In this document: in pieces, positions 1 to 8,561 of the stretch
Layout of the letters: each line of letters begins with the position of its first letter
How positions within the stretch are numbered: position 1 is the first letter of the stretch
Assembly: GCA_964569655.1 (NCBI GenBank)
Contig: CAZMTN010000002.1
Span: 134,295-198,294 of the forward strand
Source: an uncultured Candidatus Saccharibacteria bacterium
GTDB lineage: Bacteria; Patescibacteriota; Minisyncoccia; Phycocordibacterales; Phycocordibacteraceae
Direction of reading: 5' to 3'
DNA: 64,000 nucleotides
Notes under the pieces: model-generated
Database searches by the model: none
What the model was told of the DNA's origin: nothing
The model's input: only the letters and a program-made list of their open reading frames with translations
Position numbers and translations under genes: made by a program

Positions 1-294
1 TCGCGGCGCGGGATGTGCTTCGTGCGCTCATCCCATTCCGCTGGGTCGAACGGCTTTCGTCTGGTGCCGGTGCTATTCTGATCCCGCCCCGCCGCCCGCT
101 TGAGCCTCTGCTGCTCTCTTATATCTTCTATCGGATGGCTATAGCAGAAGCCAGTCTTATTAGAGACAGAAAGAAGCTTGCCGAACGTGTCGAGCTGGCA
201 TCGCTCCTTTCCCGAAGTGCTGTGAGTCTCGCCCATAGCGGGCTCCTTTGCTAGCGTTCCGGATGCACCCTATCACTGCTGGCGCTCGCGTCAA

Positions 295-1281
295 TTAATG
301 CGCCTTCAGATATGCCTTGCCTTTATCAGTGAGCATGCGTCCGCGCAGCGAGCGCTCGATGAACCCGAGGCGCAAGAGATACGGCTCATAGACCTGCTCG
401 AGGGTGTCCTCGTCCTCGTGCATGGCGCTCGCGAGCGCGCGTACGCCCGCCGGGCCACCTTTGAATCCTTTCTCGAGGGTGCTGAGGTAGCGGCGGTCGT
501 CCTTCGTGAGGCCGAGCGAATCGATGCCGAAGAGCTGGCAGGCTTCGTCGCAGACGGCGACGCTGAGCGGCTTCTCGTGGACCTCGGCGAAGTCCCGGAC
601 GCGCTTCAGGAGGGCGTTCGCAACGCGCGGGGTGGCGCGGCTCCTCACCGCGATCTGCTCGACGACGTCGCTTGGCGCCGAGAGCCCGAGCACCTTTGCG
701 GAGCGCTCGATGATGTTGCGCAGATCCTTCTCGGAATAGAAATCGAGCTGGTATACGCCGCCGCCGAAGCGGGAGCGCAAAGGACTGGAGAGGGAAGCGA
801 CCTTGGTAGTGGCACCGACGAGCGTGAACGGCGGGAGCGCGAGCTCCACCGTGCGCGCGGACGGCCCTTTGCCGAGCACGATGTCGAGCGTGCCGTGCTC
901 GAGCGCAGGGTACAGGAGCTCCTCGATCTTTCGGGAAAGCTGATGGATCTCGTCTATGAAAAGCACGGTGCCCGGCTCGAGATTCGTGAGTATGGCGGCC
1001 AAATCTCCTGCGCGCTCGATGGCGACGCCGGAGGTGGTCTTCACCGGAGCTTCGAGCGTGACGCCGATGAGGTGCGCGAGCGTGGTCTTGCCGACGCCCG
1101 GCGGCCCGTAGAAGAGGAAGTGCTCCGGCATGCCGCCGCGGCGCTTGGCCGCGTCGATTACCACGCGCACGTTGGCCTTCACGTGCTCCTGTCCCGCGTA
1201 TTCGTCCCAGAGCGAAGGGCGCAGCGCGGCATCGAGCTGCTGATCCTTCTGAAGCGGGGTATCAGGAGAGGGGGTTGACAT
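295..1281 (-). CDS. ruvB: Holliday junction branch-migration helicase RuvB
   Basis: 328 aa; AAA+ Walker A GPPGVGKTTLA and Walker B LFIDEIH; RuvB C-terminal winged-helix region; ATG at 1281 with an extended -10-like TGnTAGAAT upstream. Confidence 0.9.
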   Translation of the reverse strand: MSTPSPDTPLQKDQQLDAALRPSLWDEYAGQEHVKANVRVVIDAAKRRGGMPEHFLFYGPPGVGKTTLAHLIGVTLEAPVKTTSGVAIERAGDLAAILTNLEPGTVLFIDEIHQLSRKIEELLYPALEHGTLDIVLGKGPSARTVELALPPFTLVGATTKVASLSSPLRSRFGGGVYQLDFYSEKDLRNIIERSAKVLGLSAPSDVVEQIAVRSRATPRVANALLKRVRDFAEVHEKPLSVAVCDEACQLFGIDSLGLTKDDRRYLSTLEKGFKGGPAGVRALASAMHEDEDTLEQVYEPYLLRLGFIERSLRGRMLTDKGKAYLKAH

Positions 1282-1557
1282 AAAAATACCTTATGCTAGT
1301 ATTCTATCACACGAGCGAAGGGCTCGAAAGCACATTCCGGACGGCCACCTGGCTCGCCCGGATTAAAAATACCCGGATCCGGGCTACCGGATCCTTCATA
1401 GAATCTTCGAGGCAAGGCTTGACGGCTTCGGGCGCTTCCCCAAGGACTCTCTGGTACCGCACTTGTGCGGCCCGCTGGAGACATCCTCAGGCGATTTGTC
1501 CACGCATCTTTAAGTAGATGCGATCGCCTCGAAGATTGTGTGCAGGATCCTCCATGT

Positions 1558-1590
1558 AAAAGCCGCCTGAAAGGGCGGCTTTTGCGCTTG
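1558..1590. terminator. bidirectional rho-independent terminator (GC hairpin gccgcc-tgaaag-ggcggc followed by T tract)
   Basis: perfect inverted repeat with TTTT on the plus strand and TTTTA on the minus strand; sits downstream of the minus-strand pilB operon. Confidence 0.6.
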
Positions 1591-1602
1591 TGTGTAAATC
1601 GT

Positions 1603-1920
1603 CTACTCCTTCGAATACTTCTCCCGTATCGCTGCGACGATCTCTGCTTCGGGCATGCCTATCTTCTCAGCGAGCCACGCCGTGTTTATAAAAGACTTCC
1701 ATACGTTCGCCTTGAGGTTCTCCATATCCAAATCGTTCCCATGATCAACGTCCTCGACGGCCGCGGCGAGCTTTCCTGCGGTCTTCGAGAAGTGAAGCGC
1801 GGAGTGATGGAGCGCGAACACGAGCTTCTGTTCATCGGAAGCGTCTTTCAGCGCCGGGTAATTCGTCTCATCGAATGTGACGTTCGCTCCGGCGAGCTTG
1901 ATGAGTTCGTCGAGGGTCAT
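1603..1920 (-). CDS. small hypothetical protein (105 aa), possibly MazG-like all-alpha NTP pyrophosphohydrolase fold; last gene of the pilB transcription unit
   Basis: ORF starts 2 nt after the pilB stop and is followed by a terminator; acidic helical composition; no firm motif match. Confidence 0.45.
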   Translation of the reverse strand: MTLDELIKLAGANVTFDETNYPALKDASDEQKLVFALHHSALHFSKTAGKLAAAVEDVDHGNDLDMENLKANVWKSFINTAWLAEKIGMPEAEIVAAIREKYSKE

Positions 1921-1921
1921 A

Positions 1922-3586
1922 CTAATCCCGCGGCAGGTCCGCGACGGACAGCACCTCCTCCAGGGAGGTTATCCCGTTCAAGGCCTTCAGGACGCCGTCC
2001 TGCACCATGGTGAGGTAGCCCTGGCGTGCTGCCTCCTTCTTGATCTCGCTGGTGCTCGGGTTGCTGCGCAGGAAGGTGCCGAGCTGGTCGTCCATGAAGA
2101 TGGCTTCGTAGATGCCGATGCGTCCCTTGTATCCGGACTTGCCGTCCTTCGGATCCGCTACCCAGATGGAGCTCGTGTCTGCAGGGACGAGGGACTTGTC
2201 TACGATGGACGCGAGCACCTTCTCGACAATCTCCTTGTTCTCTCCTTCGAGCGGCACCTGCTTGCGCGCATCCGGATCGAGCTTGCGCACGAGGCGCTGC
2301 GCCATCGATACGGTGACGGCGGATGCGAACTCTTTCGGATCGACGCCGAGATCCACGAGGCGGGGGAAGGTGCCGGCAGCGTCATTGGTGTGGAGCGTCG
2401 AGTACACGAAGTGGCCGGTGAGCGCGGCCTGGATCGCGATGCCTGCCGCTTCCGCATCGCGGATCTCGCCGACCATGATCACGTCCGGGTCCTGGCGCAC
2501 GATAGAGCGGAGCCCCGAGGCGAAGGTGTACTCCTTGCCGACCTGCGTCTGCGTGATGCCGTCGAGGTGGTATTCGATCGGGTCCTCGATGGTGACGATC
2601 TTGATGTCCTTCGTATGGATCTTCTTGAGGAACGAGTAGAGGGTGGTCGTCTTACCGGAACCGGTAGGTCCCGTAGTCAGGAGCATGCCGTTCGGACGGG
2701 CGATCTCCTTCGTGAGGCGCTCGAGCAGTTTCGGCTCGATGCCGAGATTGTCGAACCCGACGCCGAGCGAGGAGGGGTCGAGGAGGCGCATCACGAACGA
2801 CTCGCCGTACTGGCCCGGGATGAGGGAGGCGCGGATCTCGATATCGGTCCCGGCGACGTTCACGCTGAAGCGGCCATCCTGGGCGCGGTCGCGCACGTTG
2901 AGCAAAAGCCCCGAGAGGATCTTGAGGCGGGAATTGAGGAAAGCGTACGCGCGCTCGTCGAAGGAAATCACGTCCGTGAGTACGCCGTCGAGGCGCAGGC
3001 GCAGGCGAACCGCATTCTCCTCAGGCTCGATGTGGATGTCCGAGGCCCGGAGCGCGAACGCCGTAGCCAGGATGCCTTCGAGGAAAGAAGAGACGCCGCG
3101 ATTCTTGTCCGCGAGGGTCTCGGTGAGGTACGCGCCGGCAGCTGAGACGTCGGTGAGCTTTGCGGAAAGCTCCGCGAGCTGCTCCGGTGTGATGGCGAAC
3201 TCGCCCGAGGTGCTCACGGTGGCCATAGAAAGCTCCTTATACCGAGAGAGGGTCTTCTCGAGGCTCGCTTTCGAGATGAGGAACTGGGAGACGGCGAAGC
3301 CGCGCTCGGCGAGGTTCTGGAGGACGTCGGCAAGCGCCGGGTTCTGCAGGTTCTTTACGCCGACCGACACCTTCTTCGATTCCTTGTTGAACGCGACCGC
3401 TTCCGCGGCGCGCGCCTCAGCCTCCGGGATGAGGCGGAGCGCTTCCATATCGATGCCGGCGGCGGTGAGGTCCGCGTACCCGATGCCGTACTTCTGGGAG
3501 AGGATTTGCGCGAGGTCTTCCTCTTCCTCGCGATGGATCTGCGCGAGCTTCTCGTCCTCGGCGTTGGTGTCGAAATGCGGTGCCAT
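1922..3586 (-). CDS. pilB: type IV pilus/type II secretion assembly ATPase (PilB/GspE family)
   Basis: 554 aa; N-terminal T2SSE_N-like region; Walker A GPTGSGKTTT; Asp and His boxes; VGEIRD motif typical of GspE ATPases. Confidence 0.88.
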   Translation of the reverse strand: MAPHFDTNAEDEKLAQIHREEEEDLAQILSQKYGIGYADLTAAGIDMEALRLIPEAEARAAEAVAFNKESKKVSVGVKNLQNPALADVLQNLAERGFAVSQFLISKASLEKTLSRYKELSMATVSTSGEFAITPEQLAELSAKLTDVSAAGAYLTETLADKNRGVSSFLEGILATAFALRASDIHIEPEENAVRLRLRLDGVLTDVISFDERAYAFLNSRLKILSGLLLNVRDRAQDGRFSVNVAGTDIEIRASLIPGQYGESFVMRLLDPSSLGVGFDNLGIEPKLLERLTKEIARPNGMLLTTGPTGSGKTTTLYSFLKKIHTKDIKIVTIEDPIEYHLDGITQTQVGKEYTFASGLRSIVRQDPDVIMVGEIRDAEAAGIAIQAALTGHFVYSTLHTNDAAGTFPRLVDLGVDPKEFASAVTVSMAQRLVRKLDPDARKQVPLEGENKEIVEKVLASIVDKSLVPADTSSIWVADPKDGKSGYKGRIGIYEAIFMDDQLGTFLRSNPSTSEIKKEAARQGYLTMVQDGVLKALNGITSLEEVLSVADLPRD

Positions 3587-3627
3587 GAAGCTATCATAGC
3601 ACCGCCTAAACGCTCGCTTTTAACTAC

Positions 3628-3656
3628 TTGACAAAGATAGATATGTAGTGTATCCT
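3628..3656 (+). promoter_or_regulatory. sigma70-like promoter TTGACA-N17-TATCCT
   Basis: TTGACA at 3628-3633, 17-nt spacer, TATCCT at 3651-3656, about 28 nt before the ATG at 3685, with an AAGGAA Shine-Dalgarno between. Confidence 0.5.
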
Positions 3657-3684
3657 ATATACAGCAACTAAAAGGAACAGCCAT

Positions 3685-3963
3685 ATGAAGAAGATGTGCC
3701 TCATCGGCCTCGCTCTTTTCGCCTCGCTTGCCAACACCGCCTGCGGCCCCGACCTGGTCGACCGCTTCTATGCCGGTTCCGGTTACTACGGCGACTACGG
3801 CCCGCCCGGCTACTATGGCGGTGACATCGGCTATCGTTACAGCGTCCCGCGCAACGTCACCGGCCGGTACTTCTATACCGGCTCCTACACCAGGAAAGAC
3901 CTGCGGGGCGCCGGCTACGAACGTCCCGGCAAGGGCTGCCTGGGCTGGCAAGGAAGCTGCTGA
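3685..3963 (+). CDS. small secreted Gly/Tyr-rich (lipo)protein, 92 aa
   Basis: signal peptide MKKMCLIGLALFASLANTAC with a Cys after the hydrophobic core; GYYGDYGPPGYYGG repeats; own promoter, SD and strong terminator. Confidence 0.55.
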   Translation: MKKMCLIGLALFASLANTACGPDLVDRFYAGSGYYGDYGPPGYYGGDIGYRYSVPRNVTGRYFYTGSYTRKDLRGAGYERPGKGCLGWQGSC

Positions 3964-3980
3964 CGGCAGCACTAAGCGAG

Positions 3981-4012
3981 GAAGCGCCCATCTCTCAGGA
4001 GATGGGCGCTTT
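3981..4012 (+). terminator. rho-independent terminator
   Basis: agcgcccatctc-tcagg-agatgggcgct followed by TTTTT. Confidence 0.7.
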
Positions 4013-4037
4013 TTCATATAGTTAGTACAATTGAGGG

Positions 4038-4472
4038 ATGGAGAAGCGCATCGGATCTATACAGGAACTCGAGGCCGAGGCGGCTGCGTTCGTCGCCGGT
4101 CTTTCGCCTCAGGAGGACAAGGCGACCCTCGTTACGCTCTCGGGGGAGCTGGGTGCCGGAAAGACCGCGTTCACGAAGGCGGTCGCGAAGGTACTCGGCG
4201 TGACCGTAGACCTCACGAGCCCGACCTTCGTGCTCCAGAAGGCGTACGATATCTCATACAACGGCTTCTCGCGCCTCATTCACATAGACGCGTACCGACT
4301 CGAGAGCGGGGAAGAGCTCGCACCCCTTCGTCTCGATGAGTCCCTCGAGGATCCGAAGAACCTCATCATGCTCGAGTGGCCGGAGAAGGTAGTGGGCGCG
4401 CTTCCGGCAGCAGCCATTTCCATAGCCATCGAGCCGAATGCGGACGGCTCCCGTACCATGCGCTATGCCTAA
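4038..4472 (+). CDS. tsaE: tRNA threonylcarbamoyladenosine biosynthesis protein TsaE (YjeE P-loop ATPase)
   Basis: 144 aa; GELGAGKT P-loop and overall YjeE-like layout. Confidence 0.75.
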   Translation: MEKRIGSIQELEAEAAAFVAGLSPQEDKATLVTLSGELGAGKTAFTKAVAKVLGVTVDLTSPTFVLQKAYDISYNGFSRLIHIDAYRLESGEELAPLRLDESLEDPKNLIMLEWPEKVVGALPAAAISIAIEPNADGSRTMRYA

Positions 4473-6846
4473 GGCTTCAAAGAAAAAGCGCCTCGTCCTC
4501 CTCGATTCGCACGCGATCATCCATCGCGCGTATCACGCGCTGCCGTCGTTCACGGGCCCTGAAGGCCAGCCGACCGGCGCGCTCTACGGCCTCTCCGCCA
4601 TGCTGCTCAAGATCATCGCGGATCTGAAACCGGACTACCTCGTCGCGTGCTACGACCTTCCGAAGCCGACCATCCGCCATGAGGCGTACGAGGGATACAA
4701 GGCGACGCGCCAGAAGACTGATGACGCTCTCATTGATCAATTGAAGACGTCGCGCGACGTGTTCGCGGCATTCTGCATCCCTGTCTATGAACGCGAAGGG
4801 TTCGAGGCGGACGATATCCTCGGCACCATCGCGAAGGAGCTGAAGGGCAACAAGGACGTAGAGATCGTCATCGCGTCCGGAGACATGGACACGCTTCAGC
4901 TCGTCGAGAAGGGGAGGGTCATGGTGTACACGCTCAAGAAGGGCATCAACGACACCATCATGTACGACGAGAAGGCGGTGGAGGAGCGCTACGGCTTCCC
5001 GCCGAAGCTGGTCCCAGACTGGAAAGGACTGCGCGGCGATCCCTCAGACAACATCATCGGGATACCGGGCATCGGCGAGAAGACCGGCACCGACCTCATC
5101 ACGACCTTCGGGAGCATCGAGAATATCTACAAGGCCCTGAAGAAGGACGAAGCGGCATTCGCCGCCAAAGGCGTGAAGCCGCGCATCATCGCGCTCCTCA
5201 AGGAGCACGAGGAGGACGCGCTCTTCTCGAAGATGCTGGCTACCATCCGCACCGACGCACCGATCGCGTTCAAGCTGCCTGAGGAGAGGTGGAGCGCAAG
5301 AGAGCGCCTCGACAAGATCCTCGCCCTCTTCGACAGCCTCGGCTTCCGCTCGCTGCGCGGGAGAGCGAGGAACGTGATCCTCGGAGAAGGGGAGACCGCT
5401 GAAGAAGCGGAAGAGCCGTCCGCTCCGCAGGAAGAGGTCGACCCAACGCGCCTCTCGGAAGCGCAAGTGATGCTGTGGCTCCTCGCGTCCGATTTCACGA
5501 ACCCGTCGCTCGATGACATCCTCGCGTACACGAAGACGAAATCGTTCGACGACGCATATCAGGTTCTCGAAGCGAAGATGGCGGAGACCGGCCGCCTTAA
5601 GGCGGTGTACGACGAGATCGAGCGCCCACTCATCAAGGTGGTCCGCCGCATGGAGTCTCGCGGCGTGCTCGTCGATAAGCAGGTGCTCGCGGACCTCGCG
5701 AAGAAGTACCGTGCCGAGCTCGAGAGCATCCAGAAGCGCATCTATGCTGCTGCCGGCGGAGAATTCAACGTAAGCTCTCCGAAGCAGCTCGGCGACATCC
5801 TCTTCGACAAGCTCGCCCTCACGGTGAAAGGGCAGAAGAAGACCGCGGGCGGCCAGCGCTCCACCAAGGAATCCGAGCTCGAGAAGATCAAGGATCTCCA
5901 CCCGATCGTGGGAGATATCCTCGAGTTCCGCGAGATCCAGAAGCTGCTCTCCACCTATATAGAGAGCATCCCGCCGCTCCTCGACGCGGAAGGCCGCCTC
6001 CACGCGGACTTCCTCCAAACCGGCACTACGACGGGCCGCATGTCGAGCCAGAACCCGAACCTGCAGAACATCCCTATCCGGACGGATCGCGGCCGCGTCA
6101 TCCGCTGCGCCTTCGTGGCGCCCGAGGATTTCACTCTGGTCGCGCTCGACTACTCCCAGATCGAGCTGCGCCTTGCCGCCATCCTCTCCAGAGACGAGAA
6201 GCTCTGCGGTATCTTCGCCGCCGGACGAGACGTCCACCGCGAAGTTGCGGCAGAAGTGTTCAAGGTCGCTCCGGAGAATGTGGATGCGGAGATGCGCCGC
6301 CGCGCGAAGATCATCAACTTCGGCATTTTGTACGGCATGGGCGTGAACGCGCTCAAGGCGCAGCTCGGCACCTCGACCGCGGACGCCCACAAGTTCTACG
6401 ACGACTACTTCGCGAGCTTCAGCACGCTCGCGGAGTATCTCGAATCCACCCGCGGCTTCGCGCGCAAGAACGGATACACTGAGACCCTCTTCGGCCGTCG
6501 CCGCCAGTTCCCGGAGATGAAGTCACCGCTCCCGTACGTGCGCGCCCAGGCGGAGCGCATGGCGATCAATGCGCCCATCCAGGGCACGCAGGCGGACATC
6601 ATCAAGCTCGCTATGGTGCGCATCAGCGATACGCTCGAGAAGGAGGGCGCGCTCGATGACGCGCATCTCCTTCTCCAGGTGCACGACGAGCTCGTCTTCG
6701 AGGTGCGCACCTCGCGCGTAGAGGAGCTCGTGCCGCGCATCAAGAAGATCATGGAAGAAGCGCTCGCGGAGGAGAAGGCCTGCGGCGTGCCGATCATCGC
6801 GGAAGGGAAGAGCGGCGCGAACTGGGGAGACATGAAGCCGCTATGA
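4465..6846 (+). CDS. polA: DNA polymerase I (5'-3' exonuclease plus family A polymerase domains)
   Basis: about 793 aa from the second Met (the ORF could also start at 4438); 5'-nuclease motifs in the N-terminus; polymerase motifs A (DYSQIELR), B (RRRAKIINFGILYG) and C (QVHDELVFE). Confidence 0.9.
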   Translation: MPKASKKKRLVLLDSHAIIHRAYHALPSFTGPEGQPTGALYGLSAMLLKIIADLKPDYLVACYDLPKPTIRHEAYEGYKATRQKTDDALIDQLKTSRDVFAAFCIPVYEREGFEADDILGTIAKELKGNKDVEIVIASGDMDTLQLVEKGRVMVYTLKKGINDTIMYDEKAVEERYGFPPKLVPDWKGLRGDPSDNIIGIPGIGEKTGTDLITTFGSIENIYKALKKDEAAFAAKGVKPRIIALLKEHEEDALFSKMLATIRTDAPIAFKLPEERWSARERLDKILALFDSLGFRSLRGRARNVILGEGETAEEAEEPSAPQEEVDPTRLSEAQVMLWLLASDFTNPSLDDILAYTKTKSFDDAYQVLEAKMAETGRLKAVYDEIERPLIKVVRRMESRGVLVDKQVLADLAKKYRAELESIQKRIYAAAGGEFNVSSPKQLGDILFDKLALTVKGQKKTAGGQRSTKESELEKIKDLHPIVGDILEFREIQKLLSTYIESIPPLLDAEGRLHADFLQTGTTTGRMSSQNPNLQNIPIRTDRGRVIRCAFVAPEDFTLVALDYSQIELRLAAILSRDEKLCGIFAAGRDVHREVAAEVFKVAPENVDAEMRRRAKIINFGILYGMGVNALKAQLGTSTADAHKFYDDYFASFSTLAEYLESTRGFARKNGYTETLFGRRRQFPEMKSPLPYVRAQAERMAINAPIQGTQADIIKLAMVRISDTLEKEGALDDAHLLLQVHDELVFEVRTSRVEELVPRIKKIMEEALAEEKACGVPIIAEGKSGANWGDMKPL

Positions 6847-7517
6847 TCTACCTTTTCACCGGTTCCGATATCGATAAGGCGCGCGCTAAGGCGTTCGCGT
6901 GGGTGGCGGCAGCGCGCGCTAAGGCGCCGGACGCTACGTACGTGCGCATCGCGGCGGATGCCGTTTCTCCCGCAGCGCTCGAGGAAGCGGCGAGCACCAG
7001 CGGGCTCTTCTTTACTAAATCACTCGTCCTTCTCGATGACCCGTTCTCCTTGAAGGATTCAGGCGAGACGGTGCTCGATATGCTCCCCGTGCTCGTCTCC
7101 TCCCCGAACCCGATCGCCATCCTCGCGCCGAAGCTGCTTGCCGGCCCTACGAAGAAGCTCGAGGCGAAGGCGGAGAAGATTTTCAAGACTGACTTAAAAG
7201 AGAAGAAGCCGAGCCGGGGATTCAACTCGGGCCTTGTGAACGCGCTCGGCGCGAAGGATGGGGAAGCGCTGTGGGAAGAGATCGCGAAGGCGCTGCGCCA
7301 AGGAGACGCTCCGGAGATGATCCATGGCCTCCTCCACTGGAAAGCGCGCGACATGATGCAGAAGGGGAGCCGCTCCTGGAGTCCTGCAGAAGCGCGGGAG
7401 CTCTCGGTAGAGCTCATCGAGCTGCTTTCGGACGCGCGCTCAGAGAGCATGGACCTCGGCCTCGTGCTCGAGCGGTGGGCGCTCTCGCTCAGCGCTAAAG
7501 CGCCGAGCTTTTCATAG
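6843..7517 (+). CDS. holA: DNA polymerase III delta subunit-like protein (short HolA homolog)
   Basis: 224 aa; N-terminal IYLFTGSD resembles the HolA start; ATGA overlap with the polA stop suggests coupling; assignment tentative. Confidence 0.45.
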   Translation: MIYLFTGSDIDKARAKAFAWVAAARAKAPDATYVRIAADAVSPAALEEAASTSGLFFTKSLVLLDDPFSLKDSGETVLDMLPVLVSSPNPIAILAPKLLAGPTKKLEAKAEKIFKTDLKEKKPSRGFNSGLVNALGAKDGEALWEEIAKALRQGDAPEMIHGLLHWKARDMMQKGSRSWSPAEARELSVELIELLSDARSESMDLGLVLERWALSLSAKAPSFS

Positions 7518-7519
7518 TG

Positions 7520-7592
7520 TGCGCCCGCCTGGGATCGAACCAGGGACCCACTCCTTAAAAGGGAGCTGCTCTACCAGCTGAGCTACGGGCGC
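7520..7592 (-). tRNA. tRNA-Lys (anticodon TTT)
   Basis: cloverleaf read by hand: acceptor GCGCCCG/CGGGCGC; anticodon loop CTTTTAA; T-arm GGTTCGATCC; no encoded CCA. Confidence 0.8.
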
Positions 7593-7619
7593 AATATCAA
7601 AACCCTATCATTCCCGCTC

Positions 7620-8543
7620 CTAGTACGAAAGGAGGTCCACCGTCTTTCCGTTGCCGTCCACGAGACGGACGGAGCCGTGATCGCGAGTGAAGAACTCGTC
7701 CTTCGATCCCAGGTAGATGCGCCAGGTGCGGCTCATGAAATCCTCTTCGTTCCCGTGCGTCGCGACGCAACCGTTGTAATTCAAATACGTATTCGCGAAG
7801 GCGCGGCATGCATTCCCGACGCGATTGCCTGGCCGCGCGACAGAACAGCGCGGGAGCTCATCCACGTACTCGGCACAGCTCTCGTCGAAGCCCGGGTAGA
7901 AGTCATCGTACTCGGCTCCAGGGGAAGGGCAGCTGAGCTCAAGCGACGGCGTGAAGCTCTGATACTCGTCGAAGTAGCCCGTGCAGAGGTTCTCCTTGAA
8001 TGAGACGCCCACCGGCGAGGTGCCGATCACGATGACCGCATCGTCTCCTGGCTGGAGTACGATCGGCGCGGTCTGGTTCACTGCGCCCGAACGCGGCACC
8101 AAGGTGCCGTTCGGGATGGTGAGCGAGGTCCCGCGGGCCGGGTCCTCGAGGCGCCATCCGCTCACGGTGATGGGATCGTCCGCGCGGCCCGATACCGAGA
8201 TGGTGATGTACTCCTCGTCCGGGTCGCGGCCGTCGATGCCGCTCACGCTGTGGTCGATGGTGACGAAATCCTTGTAGCCGGACGCGTTGCCGAAGCGCGC
8301 GGCGGCGATGCTCTCGCGCAGGTCGGAGACGTTCCCTACGTTCCCGACGTCATCCCGTATGCCGCCCCAGCTCGAATAGAACTGCTCCTCGTCGCCGTAG
8401 CCTTCGCCCACGTCTCCGGGGCCGACGAGCGGCGTGATATATGGGCCGGACCAGGAGATGGGACGGTCCGGACCTCCGGTAGCGAGCCAGAGGACGAATA
8501 TGGAAACGAGTATCCCGACGAAAAGCCAACCGTCTCCTTGCAT
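7620..8543 (-). CDS. secreted/membrane-anchored hypothetical protein with lamin-tail-domain-like (LTD) beta segments and a Cys-rich C-terminal region
   Basis: 307 aa; N-terminal hydrophobic anchor; ITISVSGRADDPITVSGWRLED...SLTIP motif resembles LTD. Confidence 0.5.
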   Translation of the reverse strand: MQGDGWLFVGILVSIFVLWLATGGPDRPISWSGPYITPLVGPGDVGEGYGDEEQFYSSWGGIRDDVGNVGNVSDLRESIAAARFGNASGYKDFVTIDHSVSGIDGRDPDEEYITISVSGRADDPITVSGWRLEDPARGTSLTIPNGTLVPRSGAVNQTAPIVLQPGDDAVIVIGTSPVGVSFKENLCTGYFDEYQSFTPSLELSCPSPGAEYDDFYPGFDESCAEYVDELPRCSVARPGNRVGNACRAFANTYLNYNGCVATHGNEEDFMSRTWRIYLGSKDEFFTRDHGSVRLVDGNGKTVDLLSY

Positions 8544-8561
8544 GCGGCTAATGATACCGCA

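Noticed and set aside
15-254. 79-aa ORF at the left edge
   Set aside because: No motif, no RBS or promoter, atypical composition; it lies in the region downstream of convergent ruvB.
5044-6390. Long antisense ORFs opposite real genes (for example 5044..6390 minus inside polA, 34432..36471 minus inside ileS, 38506..40248 minus, 49242..50687 minus, 1877..3145 plus inside pilB, 30222..31490 minus inside glyA, 24353..25267 minus, 17449..18573 minus)
   Set aside because: The sense-strand genes carry unmistakable conserved motifs. High GC suppresses stop codons on the antisense strand. The antisense translations are Arg/Ala/Gly-rich low-complexity sequences with no motifs.
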